A stretch of 61,516 bases of DNA, filler included, from Actinomycetota bacterium (GTDB lineage: Bacteria > Actinomycetota > Acidimicrobiia > IMCC26256 > VFJJ01), in assembly GCA_009886115.1 (NCBI GenBank). It is 5 parts of 5 records of this genome, joined end to end, with 100 filler letters (N's around TTAATTAATTAA, not from the genome) between each part and the next. Parts side by side here need not be neighbours in the genome. Positions count along the whole stretch, not along the records: positions 1 to 10,560 come from VFJJ01000070.1; 4 more parts are not named here. One strand, written 5' to 3'. Position 1 is the first letter of the stretch; each line of letters begins with the position of its first letter. The translations under genes were made by a program, and so were the position numbers. The notes below the pieces were generated by a model. The model was not told the origin of the DNA, made no database searches, and saw only the letters and a program-made list of their open reading frames with translations. This document shows, piece after piece, positions 1 through 10,099 of this stretch.

Positions 1-155
1 TCGAACCGGCGTCGGTGCCCATGTTCATCGTCATGCAGCTCGCCGGGACCCTGATCGCCTACGGCCTCATCCGGTTCCTGTACCCGCAACCCGGGTCCTC
101 AACGGTCGAACCGTCGAACCGTCGAACCGTCGAACCGTCGAACCGAGGAGTCACG
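1..155 (+). CDS. C-terminal part of a MIP/aquaglyceroporin-like (arsenite channel) membrane protein, 5'-truncated, open in frame into arsC
   Basis: Hydrophobic helix PASVPMFIVMQLAGTLIAYGLIRFLYP resembles the last MIP helix; ars context; no stop codon before the arsC ATG at 156. Confidence 0.55.
105..144 (+). repeat. 8-bp tandem repeat (GTCGAACC)x5
   Basis: Read directly: five exact copies at 105, 113, 121, 129 and 137. Confidence 0.95.
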
Positions 156-593
156 ATGACCGAGATCACCGATCGCGACGCAGGCGACACGCTGCCGATC
201 GTGCTGTTTCTCTGCGTTCACAACGCCGGGCGATCGCAGATGGCCCTGGGGTGGTTCGAGCACCTTGCCGGCGCCCGTGCCGTTGCCTGGTCGGGCGGCT
301 CCGAACCGGGACCGGCGATCAACCCGACCGCCGTCGCGGCGATGGCCGAGGTCGGCATCGACATCTCCCGGGAGTACCCCAAGCCCTGGACCGACGAGAT
401 CGTCCGGGCAGCCGACGTCGTCGTCACCATGGGATGCGGCGACGCCTGCCCCATCTTCGCCGGGAAGCGCTACGAGGACTGGCCCCTCGACGACCCGGCA
501 GGGCAGGGCATCGACGAGGTCCGCCCCATCCGGGACGAGATCCGCGCTCGTGTGGTCGCCCTCCTCGAGTCGCTCGAGGTTCCCGCCGGCTGA
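156..593 (+). CDS. arsC: Arsenate reductase, LMW-PTP fold
   Basis: P-loop FLCVHNAGRSQMA, TMGCGDACP and WPLDDPAG motifs; GAGGAG RBS at 145-150 before ATG 156. Confidence 0.92.
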   Translation: MTEITDRDAGDTLPIVLFLCVHNAGRSQMALGWFEHLAGARAVAWSGGSEPGPAINPTAVAAMAEVGIDISREYPKPWTDEIVRAADVVVTMGCGDACPIFAGKRYEDWPLDDPAGQGIDEVRPIRDEIRARVVALLESLEVPAG

Positions 594-728
594 CCTTGTC
601 TGAGCAGTGGGCCGTTGGGGGCGCCATTCGACGTCGTTGTGCCCAGCGCCCGCTGATGAGCCTTCGGTGAACAACGAGGACCGGTAGAGCCCCGGGGGCC
701 GAGCCCCGAAACTGAGATCTGTCGAACC

Positions 729-3700
729 TCAGGTGGGGTCGTCGTCGTGGACGGTGACGACGGCGGTGGCGTCACCGATCGCTGCGTTGGTGGGGTTCGA
801 CAGGGTGATGGTGATCGTTTCGCTCGGCTCGACGGTGGTGTCCTGCAGAATCGTGACGGGACACGTTGCCGTGGTCTGGTCGGCGGGGATGGTCACGGTG
901 AGGGGTGGGCGGGTGTAGTCGGTGCCGTTGGTGGCGGAGCCGGCGGTCGCGGCGCACGTGACGGTGACGGCGTCGGGCAGGATCCGGCTCAGGGTGACGA
1001 CCACGGTGGCCGTCCCCGAACGCTCGAAGGTCTCGACGACGCCGGCGCGCAGGGTCGCGGTGTGGTCGTCGTCGGCGATGCGTCCGGTGGCCGAGCTGTC
1101 GGCGATCGACACGCCGGCCGGTGGGTTCGCCAGCGTGACGGTGAGCTGCTCGGCCGACTCGTCACGGGCGTCACCGGCCAGGACGACCACCACGGTGGCC
1201 GACGTCGACCCCGCAGGGATCGTCACCGTCGTGGTCGGCGACAACGGTGCGAAGTCGAGTCCGGCTGACGCCGTCCCGGCCGTGGTGGCGACGTCGAGCA
1301 CGGTCGCCGAGGTGCGAAGGGCCGACAGGATCACCTGGAAGGACAGGGCTCCCGCGCTCTCGCTGACCTCGGCGTCGAGAATTCGGACGGTTACCGGCGC
1401 TGCGGTCGGGGCGGGATCGTCGTCGTCGATGATGCGCCCGGTGCCCTTGGAGTCTGCGAACGCGGCCACCGACGGCAGGGTCGGTGACCCCGACAGGGTC
1501 ACGGTGAAGGTCTCGGTGGGCGCTTCGTCGAGTGGGTCGTCGGTGACGGGAATCGTGACGGAAGCGGCCGTCGTCCCGGCAGCGATCGTGACGGTTCCCG
1601 ACGAGGCGGTGAAGTCGAGCCCGGCCGTGGCGCTCGCCCCAGCGGCGGTGTAGCCCACCACGACGTCGACGGCGGCAGGTTTCGACAGCACGATGGGGAA
1701 GCTCAGACCAGCAGCGGTCTCGACGAGCTCGGCGTCGAGGATCCTGATCGTCGCCGGTGCCGGGGTGAGCGGGCCGTCGTCGTCGACGAGGCGGACGGTG
1801 GCGGTGGGGTCGGCCCCCGCTACGCCGGCCGGTGGGGTGACGGTGACGGTGAACGTCTCGTTCGACTCGTTGAGCGTGTCGTCGAGGACGGCGATCTGGA
1901 CGGTCGCCGCGGTGGCGCCGGCGGGGATGGTGACCGTTCCGGTGGCCGTCGTGAAGTCGGAGCCGGCTGTCGCGCTTCCTGCCACGGTCGTGAACGTCAC
2001 GGCCGTCGCGACCGAACGAGCGGGGACCAGCTGCAGTGTCAGCCCGACCGTCCCGCCACCTTCGAGCACCTCGGCGTCGTTCACCCGCAGCGTGTGGGTC
2101 GGGGGCGCGATCGGCGGGCCGTCGTCGTCGACGAGGCGGACGGTGGCGTTGGTGTCGGCCCCGGTGACACCGGCCGGTGCGGTGATGGTCACGCTGATCG
2201 TCTCGTTCGACTCGTCGGCCGTGTCGTCGAGGACGGCGATCTGGACGGTCGCCGCGGTGGCGCCGGCGGGGATGGTGACCGTTCCGGTGGACGCCTGGTA
2301 GTCGGCGCCGGCGGTCGCGGTCGCCGTCCCCCCGGTCGTGGTGTACGCCACCGCGGTCGCTACCGGGCGGGCCGGGAGGAGCTGCACCGTGACCGGCGCG
2401 GTTCCACTGCTCTCGAGAATCTCGCTGTCGTTCACCCGGAGCGTGGGTATGGCGTCGTCGTCGCCGATTCGTCCCGTACCGGTGGTGTCGGCGATCACGA
2501 CCTCGGGCGGCGCCCCGGTCAACGTCACGGTGAGTTGCTCGTCAGGCTCGTCGATGGTGTCGGCCAGGATCGGCACGGCGATCGTGGAGGTCGTTGCGCC
2601 CGCAGGGATGGTCACGGTGCCGGTCGTGGTCTGGAAGTCGGTGCCGGCCGTGGCGGCCGAACCCGAGCCCGACGTCGCGGTGGTGAACGGGATGGCGGTC
2701 GCGCTCGCCCGAGCGGGAGCCATCCGCACGACGAAGGTCATGGCCCCGTTGGCTTCGGAGCGCTCGCCGTCTTCGATCCACACGGCCGGCGTGGTGTCGT
2801 CGTCGATGATCGTGACCCGTCCGACCGCGTCACCCAGCGTGGCCCCCACCGGTGCCGAGATCCTCACGGTGAAGGTCTCGTGGGCCTCGTCGGCCGTGTC
2901 GGCAGCGATGGCCACGGCGACCACGGTTTCGGTCTGACCGGCCGGGATCGTGGCCACGGCATCCGGGGCGAGCGTCGTGTAGTCGGGACCCGGCGAGGCC
3001 GTCACGCCGGTGGCGGTGACCGCGGCCGAGACGGTCAGGCCGCTGGCGGCCGACAGGCTCACGCGCACCTGTGCGGTCGCGGCTCCGAAGGCGTCCTCGA
3101 CGACGGTCACGTCCGAGACCGACACCGACGGGGTTGCGTCGTCGTCGGTGATGGTCGCGGACGACGTCGTCGATCCGGCGAGGATGCCCGCGGGAACGGT
3201 GATGCTCACCGAGAAGCTCTCGGTCGCTTCGTCGAGCGAGTCGTCGTTCACGGGAACCGAGACCACCGCGCCGAGCGAACCGGCCGGGATGGTGACCGAC
3301 GACGACAGGGCCTGGTAGTCGCCGTCGGCCGTGGCCGTACCGTCGACCGTCGACCAGGTCACGGTGATGTCGGACGCGACCGCCTTCGACAGTGTGAGCG
3401 CAAAGCTCAACGAGCCGATCGACTCGGGGCCCGACGCCGATGCGATCCCCAACACGGGGGGAGCGGAGCTGTCGTTGCGCAGGAATTCGGCCCCCTGGGC
3501 GGGAAGGGTCACCGTCGTGACCAGGGTGTCGGCGCTGTCGCGCATGGCGGCACCGAGAGGCACCGTGACGGTGGTGGCCGAGGGGTTCACGAGCACGCGA
3601 CCGTGCTCGAACGTCCGCTGGTGGGCGCCGTCAGCGAGAACGTGAGCTCCGAGGGGCGCACCCAGGTCGAAGGCGTCGTCGTCGTACCACGGTACCTGCC

Positions 3701-4793
3701 ACGCGCCCGGGCCCGTGCTGGTGACCGGGAATGCGAAACGGAAGGTCCCGTCGGTGCCGAGCAGGAACGTCGCCGCGGCGAAGCGGAACCACTGCTGCTC
3801 CTCCGCCGGGGTGTGCGGCACCCAGAGCTTGGTCGTGGTCATGATCGACTCGCCGCGAGCGGCTGCGTCGGCCAGGAACGCCACCTCGTCGGTCCACGAG
3901 GCGAGCGACGGCCAGGCCGTCGCGGCGTCGCCGGGTGAGCGGGTGAAGACCTCGGCCATCGCCTCGTCGGGCAGCGCCGCGGCGAGGACGTCGGTGTGGC
4001 GGGTCGGGTCGAACCACACGACTCCCTTGCCCAGCCCGTTGCCGCTCACCGGGATGGCACCCAACCCTGCTGTCACCACATCGGTCAGCCCGGCGGCATC
4101 GGCCAGCCAGGTGTTGGGGTCCCAGACCTGCCCCGTGGCCGGGTCGATGGGGTGTCCGGTGGCGTAGGTGCCGAACAGGGGAGCCGTGCCGAGCGAGTCG
4201 AGGAAGCAACCGTCGAAGCCGGAGATCGCGATCTTGGTGGTGCAGCGGTTGAGGACCTCGGCCCGCCACGCCGGATGACGCGGGTTCATGATCCAGTTGC
4301 TGCCCGAGGTCTCCTTGATGCGATTGCCGGCAGCGTCGTGGGTGTACCAGGCCTCGGGGAAGGCCGTCCCCCCGCCGGTCGCCTGGACGTACACATGGAG
4401 CTCGAGCGCGGGGTTGGTTGCCTTCATGGTCGCCACGTGCTCGTCGAGCGAATGGGCGAAGGCGATGACGAGGTCGTAGCGATCGGCGATCTCGACCGCC
4501 TGGGCCGTGGTGTAGGTGACCGCACCCTTGTCCTGCCACACGGGTGCCCACGGCTGGAGGGGATTGAGCGGCGAGAGCGCCGGGGCTGCGCTGGCGGGCG
4601 CGGCTGTGAGCGTCGAGAGCGTTGTGGTCGCGAAACCGAGGCTCGTGGCCGCGAAGACCCATCCGATGGTGGCCGCGAGGCCCCGCCGACGACCGCTCGA
4701 CCCGATGGGAAGCGTGCGATCTCGGATCGACACCTTCGGCGATGACACCTTCTGCACGGACACCTTCGACAACTTCAGATTCGACAACTTCAC
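729..4793 (-). CDS. Secreted putative glycoside hydrolase (GHL15-like TIM barrel) with 8 Calx-beta repeats
   Basis: AGGAG RBS then GTG at 4793; signal peptide ending APASA; GFDGCFLD motif; eight repeats of the type TATAGxDY...TIPAG...DDxxDE..E.F.V...I.DDD. Confidence 0.8.
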   Translation of the reverse strand: MKLSNLKLSKVSVQKVSSPKVSIRDRTLPIGSSGRRRGLAATIGWVFAATSLGFATTTLSTLTAAPASAAPALSPLNPLQPWAPVWQDKGAVTYTTAQAVEIADRYDLVIAFAHSLDEHVATMKATNPALELHVYVQATGGGTAFPEAWYTHDAAGNRIKETSGSNWIMNPRHPAWRAEVLNRCTTKIAISGFDGCFLDSLGTAPLFGTYATGHPIDPATGQVWDPNTWLADAAGLTDVVTAGLGAIPVSGNGLGKGVVWFDPTRHTDVLAAALPDEAMAEVFTRSPGDAATAWPSLASWTDEVAFLADAAARGESIMTTTKLWVPHTPAEEQQWFRFAAATFLLGTDGTFRFAFPVTSTGPGAWQVPWYDDDAFDLGAPLGAHVLADGAHQRTFEHGRVLVNPSATTVTVPLGAAMRDSADTLVTTVTLPAQGAEFLRNDSSAPPVLGIASASGPESIGSLSFALTLSKAVASDITVTWSTVDGTATADGDYQALSSSVTIPAGSLGAVVSVPVNDDSLDEATESFSVSITVPAGILAGSTTSSATITDDDATPSVSVSDVTVVEDAFGAATAQVRVSLSAASGLTVSAAVTATGVTASPGPDYTTLAPDAVATIPAGQTETVVAVAIAADTADEAHETFTVRISAPVGATLGDAVGRVTIIDDDTTPAVWIEDGERSEANGAMTFVVRMAPARASATAIPFTTATSGSGSAATAGTDFQTTTGTVTIPAGATTSTIAVPILADTIDEPDEQLTVTLTGAPPEVVIADTTGTGRIGDDDAIPTLRVNDSEILESSGTAPVTVQLLPARPVATAVAYTTTGGTATATAGADYQASTGTVTIPAGATAATVQIAVLDDTADESNETISVTITAPAGVTGADTNATVRLVDDDGPPIAPPTHTLRVNDAEVLEGGGTVGLTLQLVPARSVATAVTFTTVAGSATAGSDFTTATGTVTIPAGATAATVQIAVLDDTLNESNETFTVTVTPPAGVAGADPTATVRLVDDDGPLTPAPATIRILDAELVETAAGLSFPIVLSKPAAVDVVVGYTAAGASATAGLDFTASSGTVTIAAGTTAASVTIPVTDDPLDEAPTETFTVTLSGSPTLPSVAAFADSKGTGRIIDDDDPAPTAAPVTVRILDAEVSESAGALSFQVILSALRTSATVLDVATTAGTASAGLDFAPLSPTTTVTIPAGSTSATVVVVLAGDARDESAEQLTVTLANPPAGVSIADSSATGRIADDDHTATLRAGVVETFERSGTATVVVTLSRILPDAVTVTCAATAGSATNGTDYTRPPLTVTIPADQTTATCPVTILQDTTVEPSETITITLSNPTNAAIGDATAVVTVHDDDPT

Positions 4794-4930
4794 CGGGACA
4801 CTCCTGGATCGACGACGTGGTTCGATCGACCCAGGAGGTGAACGGAGGTTGAACGCCAAAGGGTGAAAAGCGCGCTCAGCGCACGTAATCTCCCGGACGA
4901 GCTCGCCCTTTGTCCGTTCCGGAGGGAGTG

Positions 4931-5578
4931 TCAACCCGCCGGTGCGGTGTCCTCGACTGCCGCCGGAGCCACGTAGCCCGGCGGGGAGGGGATCTGCTCG
5001 GGCTCGAGGCCGGCGCCGCCGGCCAGGCCGATGACCGATGCGAGCAGGTTGCGGTGCGCGGTCTCGTACTCGAGGGAGAAACCGAGCGCGGCCGACGTCT
5101 CGTCGCCCGCGGCCAGGCAGGCGTCCAGGCCGGTGCCGAGATGCTCGAGCCCCAGCTGCAGCGCCGTGTCGGAGGCCGCGGTCGGACCCGGCAGCAACGC
5201 GTCCTCGATCTCGCCGAGCCGATCGTTGACGAGCGAGCAGCGTTCCTTGGGGCTGATGGTCGCCGGTGGGGTGGCCGCACCGGGGATCACCATTCCGGTG
5301 CTGAGCGCGATCGGGTCGAGGATGTCGAGGGTCGTCAGGAGCACCGAACCGCTCGCGCCCCACCAGCCGACGAAGGTGTCGTACTCCTGCTCCTTGCCCG
5401 CCACGGGAGCCGCGACGGGCGGGACTGCCACGGGCGGGACCGCCACGCCGGCCCCTCCGGCGGTCGCACCGGCAGCAGCGGTCGCGACGGGGGCGCCCGG
5501 TGGGGTCGACCCGGTTGCGGACGGGTCCGAGGAGTTGCCCGAGCTGCAGCCGACGAGCATCAGGGCCATGACCGCCAT
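4931..5578 (-). CDS. Lipoprotein of unknown function (start uncertain)
   Basis: Lipobox LMLVG-C followed by an Ala/Pro linker and a helical domain with 2 Cys. Confidence 0.6.
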   Translation of the reverse strand: MAVMALMLVGCSSGNSSDPSATGSTPPGAPVATAAAGATAGGAGVAVPPVAVPPVAAPVAGKEQEYDTFVGWWGASGSVLLTTLDILDPIALSTGMVIPGAATPPATISPKERCSLVNDRLGEIEDALLPGPTAASDTALQLGLEHLGTGLDACLAAGDETSAALGFSLEYETAHRNLLASVIGLAGGAGLEPEQIPSPPGYVAPAAVEDTAPAG

Positions 5579-5697
5579 CGCAGCGCGGACCACGATCGGA
5601 GGTCGGCCCCGTGACGGCCGTCCGACGCCACGGAACCTCGGTGGCTCGGGCACCACCCGTGGGGCCCCCGACGTCGCGCGCTCCGATCGTACGAGGC

Positions 5698-6150
5698 TCA
5701 GCAACACGGAGCGCCGGGGTCGACCTGGAGTCGGCCGGTGATCGTGGTATCGGTCGCCAGGGCGAAGGTGATGCTGGCGATGGTCACGGGCCGGAACGAC
5801 CACGACCCGCCCGGGGGGATCGCACCCGACGTGGTCGAGCCGTCCTCGAGGACCCAGTTCGTGAACAGGAGCTCCTGGGCCTGGGCGGTGTCGTTCACGA
5901 AGACGACGTCTTGATCCTTGATCGACACGAGTTGCGCGGGAGCGATGGCACCGTCTCGGATGCGGATCTCCTGACCGAATGCGAATGCATCGGGATCGGG
6001 CGGGGCTTCGGTGTCGCTGGTGGTGAGATCGGTGATGCTGTCGGGCTTGTCGGCCACGCCCGAGTTGTCGGCGCAGCCCGCCGCGACCGCGGCTGAGGCG
6101 ACGATACCGACGACGGCGATGACCCTGCGGGAGAACGAGATCTGCTTCAT
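5698..6150 (-). CDS. Lipoprotein with a cupredoxin-like beta domain
   Basis: Lipobox VAAG-C; V.F.N and SGAIPPGGSWSF resemble the cupredoxin fold; TACCGT -10 box 8 nt before the ATG. Confidence 0.6.
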   Translation of the reverse strand: MKQISFSRRVIAVVGIVASAAVAAGCADNSGVADKPDSITDLTTSDTEAPPDPDAFAFGQEIRIRDGAIAPAQLVSIKDQDVVFVNDTAQAQELLFTNWVLEDGSTTSGAIPPGGSWSFRPVTIASITFALATDTTITGRLQVDPGAPCC

Positions 6151-6469
6151 GGGCGCGCACGGTATCCGGGGCGATCGTCCGCCCGATCGCGTGACGGCGA
6201 CGCTCAGGCGAACTCTTCCCAACCGCAGGTGAACGATCGCCGTCGAACGATGGCGCTTACGGCGCAGCTGACGATCGGCGGGTGCGCCGCCGGAAAGGCC
6301 GACACCGTCGGTCGTCACCATCGTCCGGTTTCGGAAGATTCCCGGGCATGTCGTCGGACGGCCACCCTGACGTCGCCTCGGTTTCAGATGGCCCTCGTAC
6401 GGTCGACCCCGTCCGGCAGAGCTGACGAGACCAGCTCGCCACCGAGCCCTCGAGCAACCAGGAGCGTCG

Positions 6470-9400
6470 ATGCGACCTCAAACCGCCGCTGTCGAGTCCC
6501 GCCGTCACCGATCACTCGCAGGGCTGCTGGCCCTGGCGGTGGCCGCTCCGCTGATCGCCATCCTGGTGGCAGGTCCGGCCGTGTCGGCGCCGGGTGAGCT
6601 GTTGATCTCGGAGTACGTCGAGGGCTCCAGCAACAACAAGGCGATCGAGCTCTACAACGGAACGGGCGCCCCCATCGACCTGGCGGCGGGCGGCTACACG
6701 CTCGAGTTCTCGTTCAACGGTGTCGTCGCGCCGGGCACGACGATCGCGCTGGCCGGCACCGTCGCCGCCGGTGACGTGTGGGTGGTGGCCGACGACAGCG
6801 CCAACGCGACGATCCTGGCTGTCACCGACCAGCAGAGCACGGCGTCGTTCTACAACGGTGACGACGCCATCGTGTTGCGCACGGCCGGCGCCGTGGTCGA
6901 CTCGTTCGGCCAGGTCGGTTTCGACCCGGGCACCGAGTGGGGCACCGGCATCGTCAGCACCCAGGACAACACGCTGCGCCGCATGGCCAGCGTGGAGGCC
7001 GGCGACACCAACCCGTCGGACGTGTTCACTCCGGCCACCCAGTGGGACGGGTTCGCCGTCGACACCTTCGCCGGCCTCGGGGCGCACTCGACGAGCGGTG
7101 GCGGGGGCGACGCGCTCCCCACGCTCACCTGCGGCGGTGCCCTCTCGGTTCTCCAGGGGTCGTCGGCCAGCCGGCCCATCTCGGCTGTCGACACCGACGA
7201 TGCCGTCACCTCGCTGGCGATCACCAGCGCCCCGGTCGCGGGGATCACCCTGGGCTCGGTCGTGCCGGCCGGGGCCAGCGGAGGCACGGCGACCGCCAAC
7301 CTCGACGTGTCCGACACCACCGCGCCGGGCACCTACCCGGTCACGATCACCGCAACGAACGACGACGTCGTCACCCCCCAGTCGGCGACGTGCACGATCT
7401 CGGTACGGGTCGTCGCCATCGTCCCGATCGGCACCGTCCAGGGCGCGGTGGCCGACGGGGCCAACGGTGCCACCCACGCCTCACCGTTCGCGTCGCTGGC
7501 GCCGCCGGCCAACGAGGTCGTCGTGCAGGGCGTCGTGACCCAGCGCACGCTGGCCCGCTCGACCGGCGGAGGACTCCAGAACGGCTTCTTCCTCCAGGAC
7601 GCCGGTGACGCCAACCCGCAGACCTCCGACGGGATCTTCGTGTTCATCGGGGCGTCGACCACGATCGGCGGCGGCTACACGCCGACCGTCGGCGACGAGA
7701 TCGTGCTGAGCGGGCGGGTCACCGAGTTCTTCAACCTCACCGAGCTGGTTTCCACCTCGCTGGTGCAGGTCGTTCGCAGCGGTGTCGACCTCGACACGGA
7801 GCGGCCCGCCTTCGACGCCGACCCGCCCGCCGGCATCGCCGACGCCGCCCGGTACTGGGAACGGACCGAAGGGATGCGCTCCCGGGTGGTCGCCGACAGC
7901 GTCGTGCTCGGTCACCGCAGCGAGTTCCCGTCGACCGCGGATGCCGAGGTGTGGGTCGCCCATCCGGCCAGCACCGTCGCCACTGCGGCCGACCCGGCGG
8001 CACAGCGGAGCTTCCGCGACGCCCATCCCCTCGACGACGACCCGGCGCTGGTCGACAACGGCAACGGTTACCGGATCCTCATGGGCAGCTTGGGCATCAA
8101 GGCCACGGCCGGTGATTCGCTGGCGCTGATCGCCCCGGTGCGCACGTTCGACCGGATGGCCGCCCCTGTGGTCGGCGGCGTCTATTTCTCGTTCAGCAAG
8201 TACTCGGTGCAGCCCTCGAGCCAACCCGTGCTCGTGCGTGGTCTCGACCCGTCGACGATCGCGCCGCCTGTGGCCGCGACCGGTGGCGAGTACGCGGTGG
8301 CGACGTTCAACGTCGAGAACCTCTACGACTTCCGCAACGATCCCACCGACGGATGCGACTTCACCGGCGACGCGGGCTGCCCCGGCGTCAGCCCGCCGTT
8401 CAACTACGTGCCCGCCAGCGCGCTGGAGTACGGCGACCGCGTCGCGGTGCTGGCCGGGCAGATCGTCACCGACCTCCGCTCACCCGACGTGATCGCGGTG
8501 CAGGAGGCCGAGGACCAGGACATCTGCTCGATCGTCGCCGGTGCCGTGGACTGCAGCGCCGGCGACGGGCGCCCCGACACCTTGCAGGAGCTGGCCCTGT
8601 CGATCGTCGCCGCCGGTGGACCGGTCTACGACGCGGCCGCCGACCGTGACGGTGCCGACGCCCGGGGCATCATCTCGGGCTTCCTCTTCCGGACCGACCG
8701 GGTCGAGCTGCTCCCGGCCTCGCCGGCGGATGCCGTCCTCGGATCGGCGCCCACGGTCGCGTACCGCTCCGGCGGGCTCGCCTACAACACGCAGGTCTCG
8801 AACCCCAAGGCGCTCAACGCTCCGCTGCCCGGCGACGTCGACATCTCGACCGGTGTCGACGGGGCGAACGTGTTCACCCGGGCCCCCCAGGTGGCCCTGA
8901 TGCGGATCTGGAAGGGCACGGTGGGCAGCGGACCCTCGAGCGACGTGTACGTGATCAGCAACCACTTCAGCTCGGTGCCCGACCAGCGGGTCGGCCAGCG
9001 CACCGAGCAGGCCGCCTACAACGCGGCCATCGTCACGGCACTGCAGGGTGCGGATGCCAACGTCGGCGTCGTCGTCGGAGGCGATCTCAACGTGTACCCC
9101 CGCCCCGACGACCCGTTCCCGACAGCGCCCTCCGACCAGCTCGGGCCGCTCTACACGGCCGGGCTCACGAACCTGTACGACGTGCTCCTCGCCGACGTTC
9201 CCGCGGCGGCGTACTCGTACGTGTTCGACGGCCAGACCCAGACCCTCGACCAGCTGTTCGTGACCCCCAGCCTCCTGGCCGAGGTGACACGGGTGCGGGC
9301 CGCGCACGTCAACGCCGACTGGACCGCCGGGATCTCCCCCGCGACCCGGGCCGCGAGCGACCACGATCCGTGGGTAGCCACGTTCGCCGCTCCCGTGGCT

Positions 9401-10099
9401 GGCGATTCCTTGAGCATCGGTGACGTCACCGTCACCGAAACCCGGGCCCGCGGTGACTGGGCCGCGGCCCGCATCCCCCTCGTGCTGTCGAACGCCCAGG
9501 CGGGCCCGGTGGTCGTTGCCTACACGACGATGTTGGGAGGGTCGGCGACGGCCGGACCCGACTACGAGCCCCGTACCGGGTCGATCACGATCCCGGCGGG
9601 CAGGCTCACCGGCGAGATCGTGGTGTTCGTCAAGGGTGACCTGCTCCCCGAGCCCGACGAGGTTGTCAACGTCGGGATCGTCACGGCGTCGGGCGACGTC
9701 GACGTCGTCGACGACGACTTCGGGGTGATCACGATCCGCAACGCCGGCCCCCCGCCTCCGGGTGCGGTGGCAACGCCGTCGACGGTCGTGGTCCCCGAGC
9801 CCGACGCCGCGTCGGGGATCGTCTGGCTCCCGGTCACCATCCAGGTGAAGTCGGCCGTCCCCGTGGTCGTCAACTACGCGACGGCACCTGGCACGGCGAG
9901 GTCGCCGTCGGATTTCCTGCCCCGGACGGGCTCGGTGACGGTCCCTGCGGGCGCGAGCTCGTTCAAGGTTTCCGTGTACGTGCGGGGCGACGTGGTCGTC
10001 GAACCCGACGAGGTGTTCACCGTGTCGCTGACCGGCGGGTTCACCTACCCGTCGGGATCGCAGATCGTCGTCACGATCAGAAACGATGCCAATGGTTGA
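6470..10099 (+). CDS. Extracellular nuclease, ExeM/NucH-like (lamin-tail domain, OB fold, EEP domain, 2 Calx-beta repeats)
   Basis: Signal peptide; LLISEYVEGSSNNKAIELYN (lamin-tail domain); GFFLQD...SDGIFVF (OB fold); ATFNVENL, QE, GDLN, LDQ and SDHDP (EEP catalytic motifs). Confidence 0.9.
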   Translation: MRPQTAAVESRRHRSLAGLLALAVAAPLIAILVAGPAVSAPGELLISEYVEGSSNNKAIELYNGTGAPIDLAAGGYTLEFSFNGVVAPGTTIALAGTVAAGDVWVVADDSANATILAVTDQQSTASFYNGDDAIVLRTAGAVVDSFGQVGFDPGTEWGTGIVSTQDNTLRRMASVEAGDTNPSDVFTPATQWDGFAVDTFAGLGAHSTSGGGGDALPTLTCGGALSVLQGSSASRPISAVDTDDAVTSLAITSAPVAGITLGSVVPAGASGGTATANLDVSDTTAPGTYPVTITATNDDVVTPQSATCTISVRVVAIVPIGTVQGAVADGANGATHASPFASLAPPANEVVVQGVVTQRTLARSTGGGLQNGFFLQDAGDANPQTSDGIFVFIGASTTIGGGYTPTVGDEIVLSGRVTEFFNLTELVSTSLVQVVRSGVDLDTERPAFDADPPAGIADAARYWERTEGMRSRVVADSVVLGHRSEFPSTADAEVWVAHPASTVATAADPAAQRSFRDAHPLDDDPALVDNGNGYRILMGSLGIKATAGDSLALIAPVRTFDRMAAPVVGGVYFSFSKYSVQPSSQPVLVRGLDPSTIAPPVAATGGEYAVATFNVENLYDFRNDPTDGCDFTGDAGCPGVSPPFNYVPASALEYGDRVAVLAGQIVTDLRSPDVIAVQEAEDQDICSIVAGAVDCSAGDGRPDTLQELALSIVAAGGPVYDAAADRDGADARGIISGFLFRTDRVELLPASPADAVLGSAPTVAYRSGGLAYNTQVSNPKALNAPLPGDVDISTGVDGANVFTRAPQVALMRIWKGTVGSGPSSDVYVISNHFSSVPDQRVGQRTEQAAYNAAIVTALQGADANVGVVVGGDLNVYPRPDDPFPTAPSDQLGPLYTAGLTNLYDVLLADVPAAAYSYVFDGQTQTLDQLFVTPSLLAEVTRVRAAHVNADWTAGISPATRAASDHDPWVATFAAPVAGDSLSIGDVTVTETRARGDWAAARIPLVLSNAQAGPVVVAYTTMLGGSATAGPDYEPRTGSITIPAGRLTGEIVVFVKGDLLPEPDEVVNVGIVTASGDVDVVDDDFGVITIRNAGPPPPGAVATPSTVVVPEPDAASGIVWLPVTIQVKSAVPVVVNYATAPGTARSPSDFLPRTGSVTVPAGASSFKVSVYVRGDVVVEPDEVFTVSLTGGFTYPSGSQIVVTIRNDANG

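Noticed and set aside
598..732. CTGATGAG (653-660) and CGAAAC (707-712) with flanking stems, suggesting a hammerhead ribozyme
   Set aside because: I could not build a canonical stem II closing onto GAAA, or a UH cleavage site consistent with stems I and III. An Infernal/Rfam scan would settle it.
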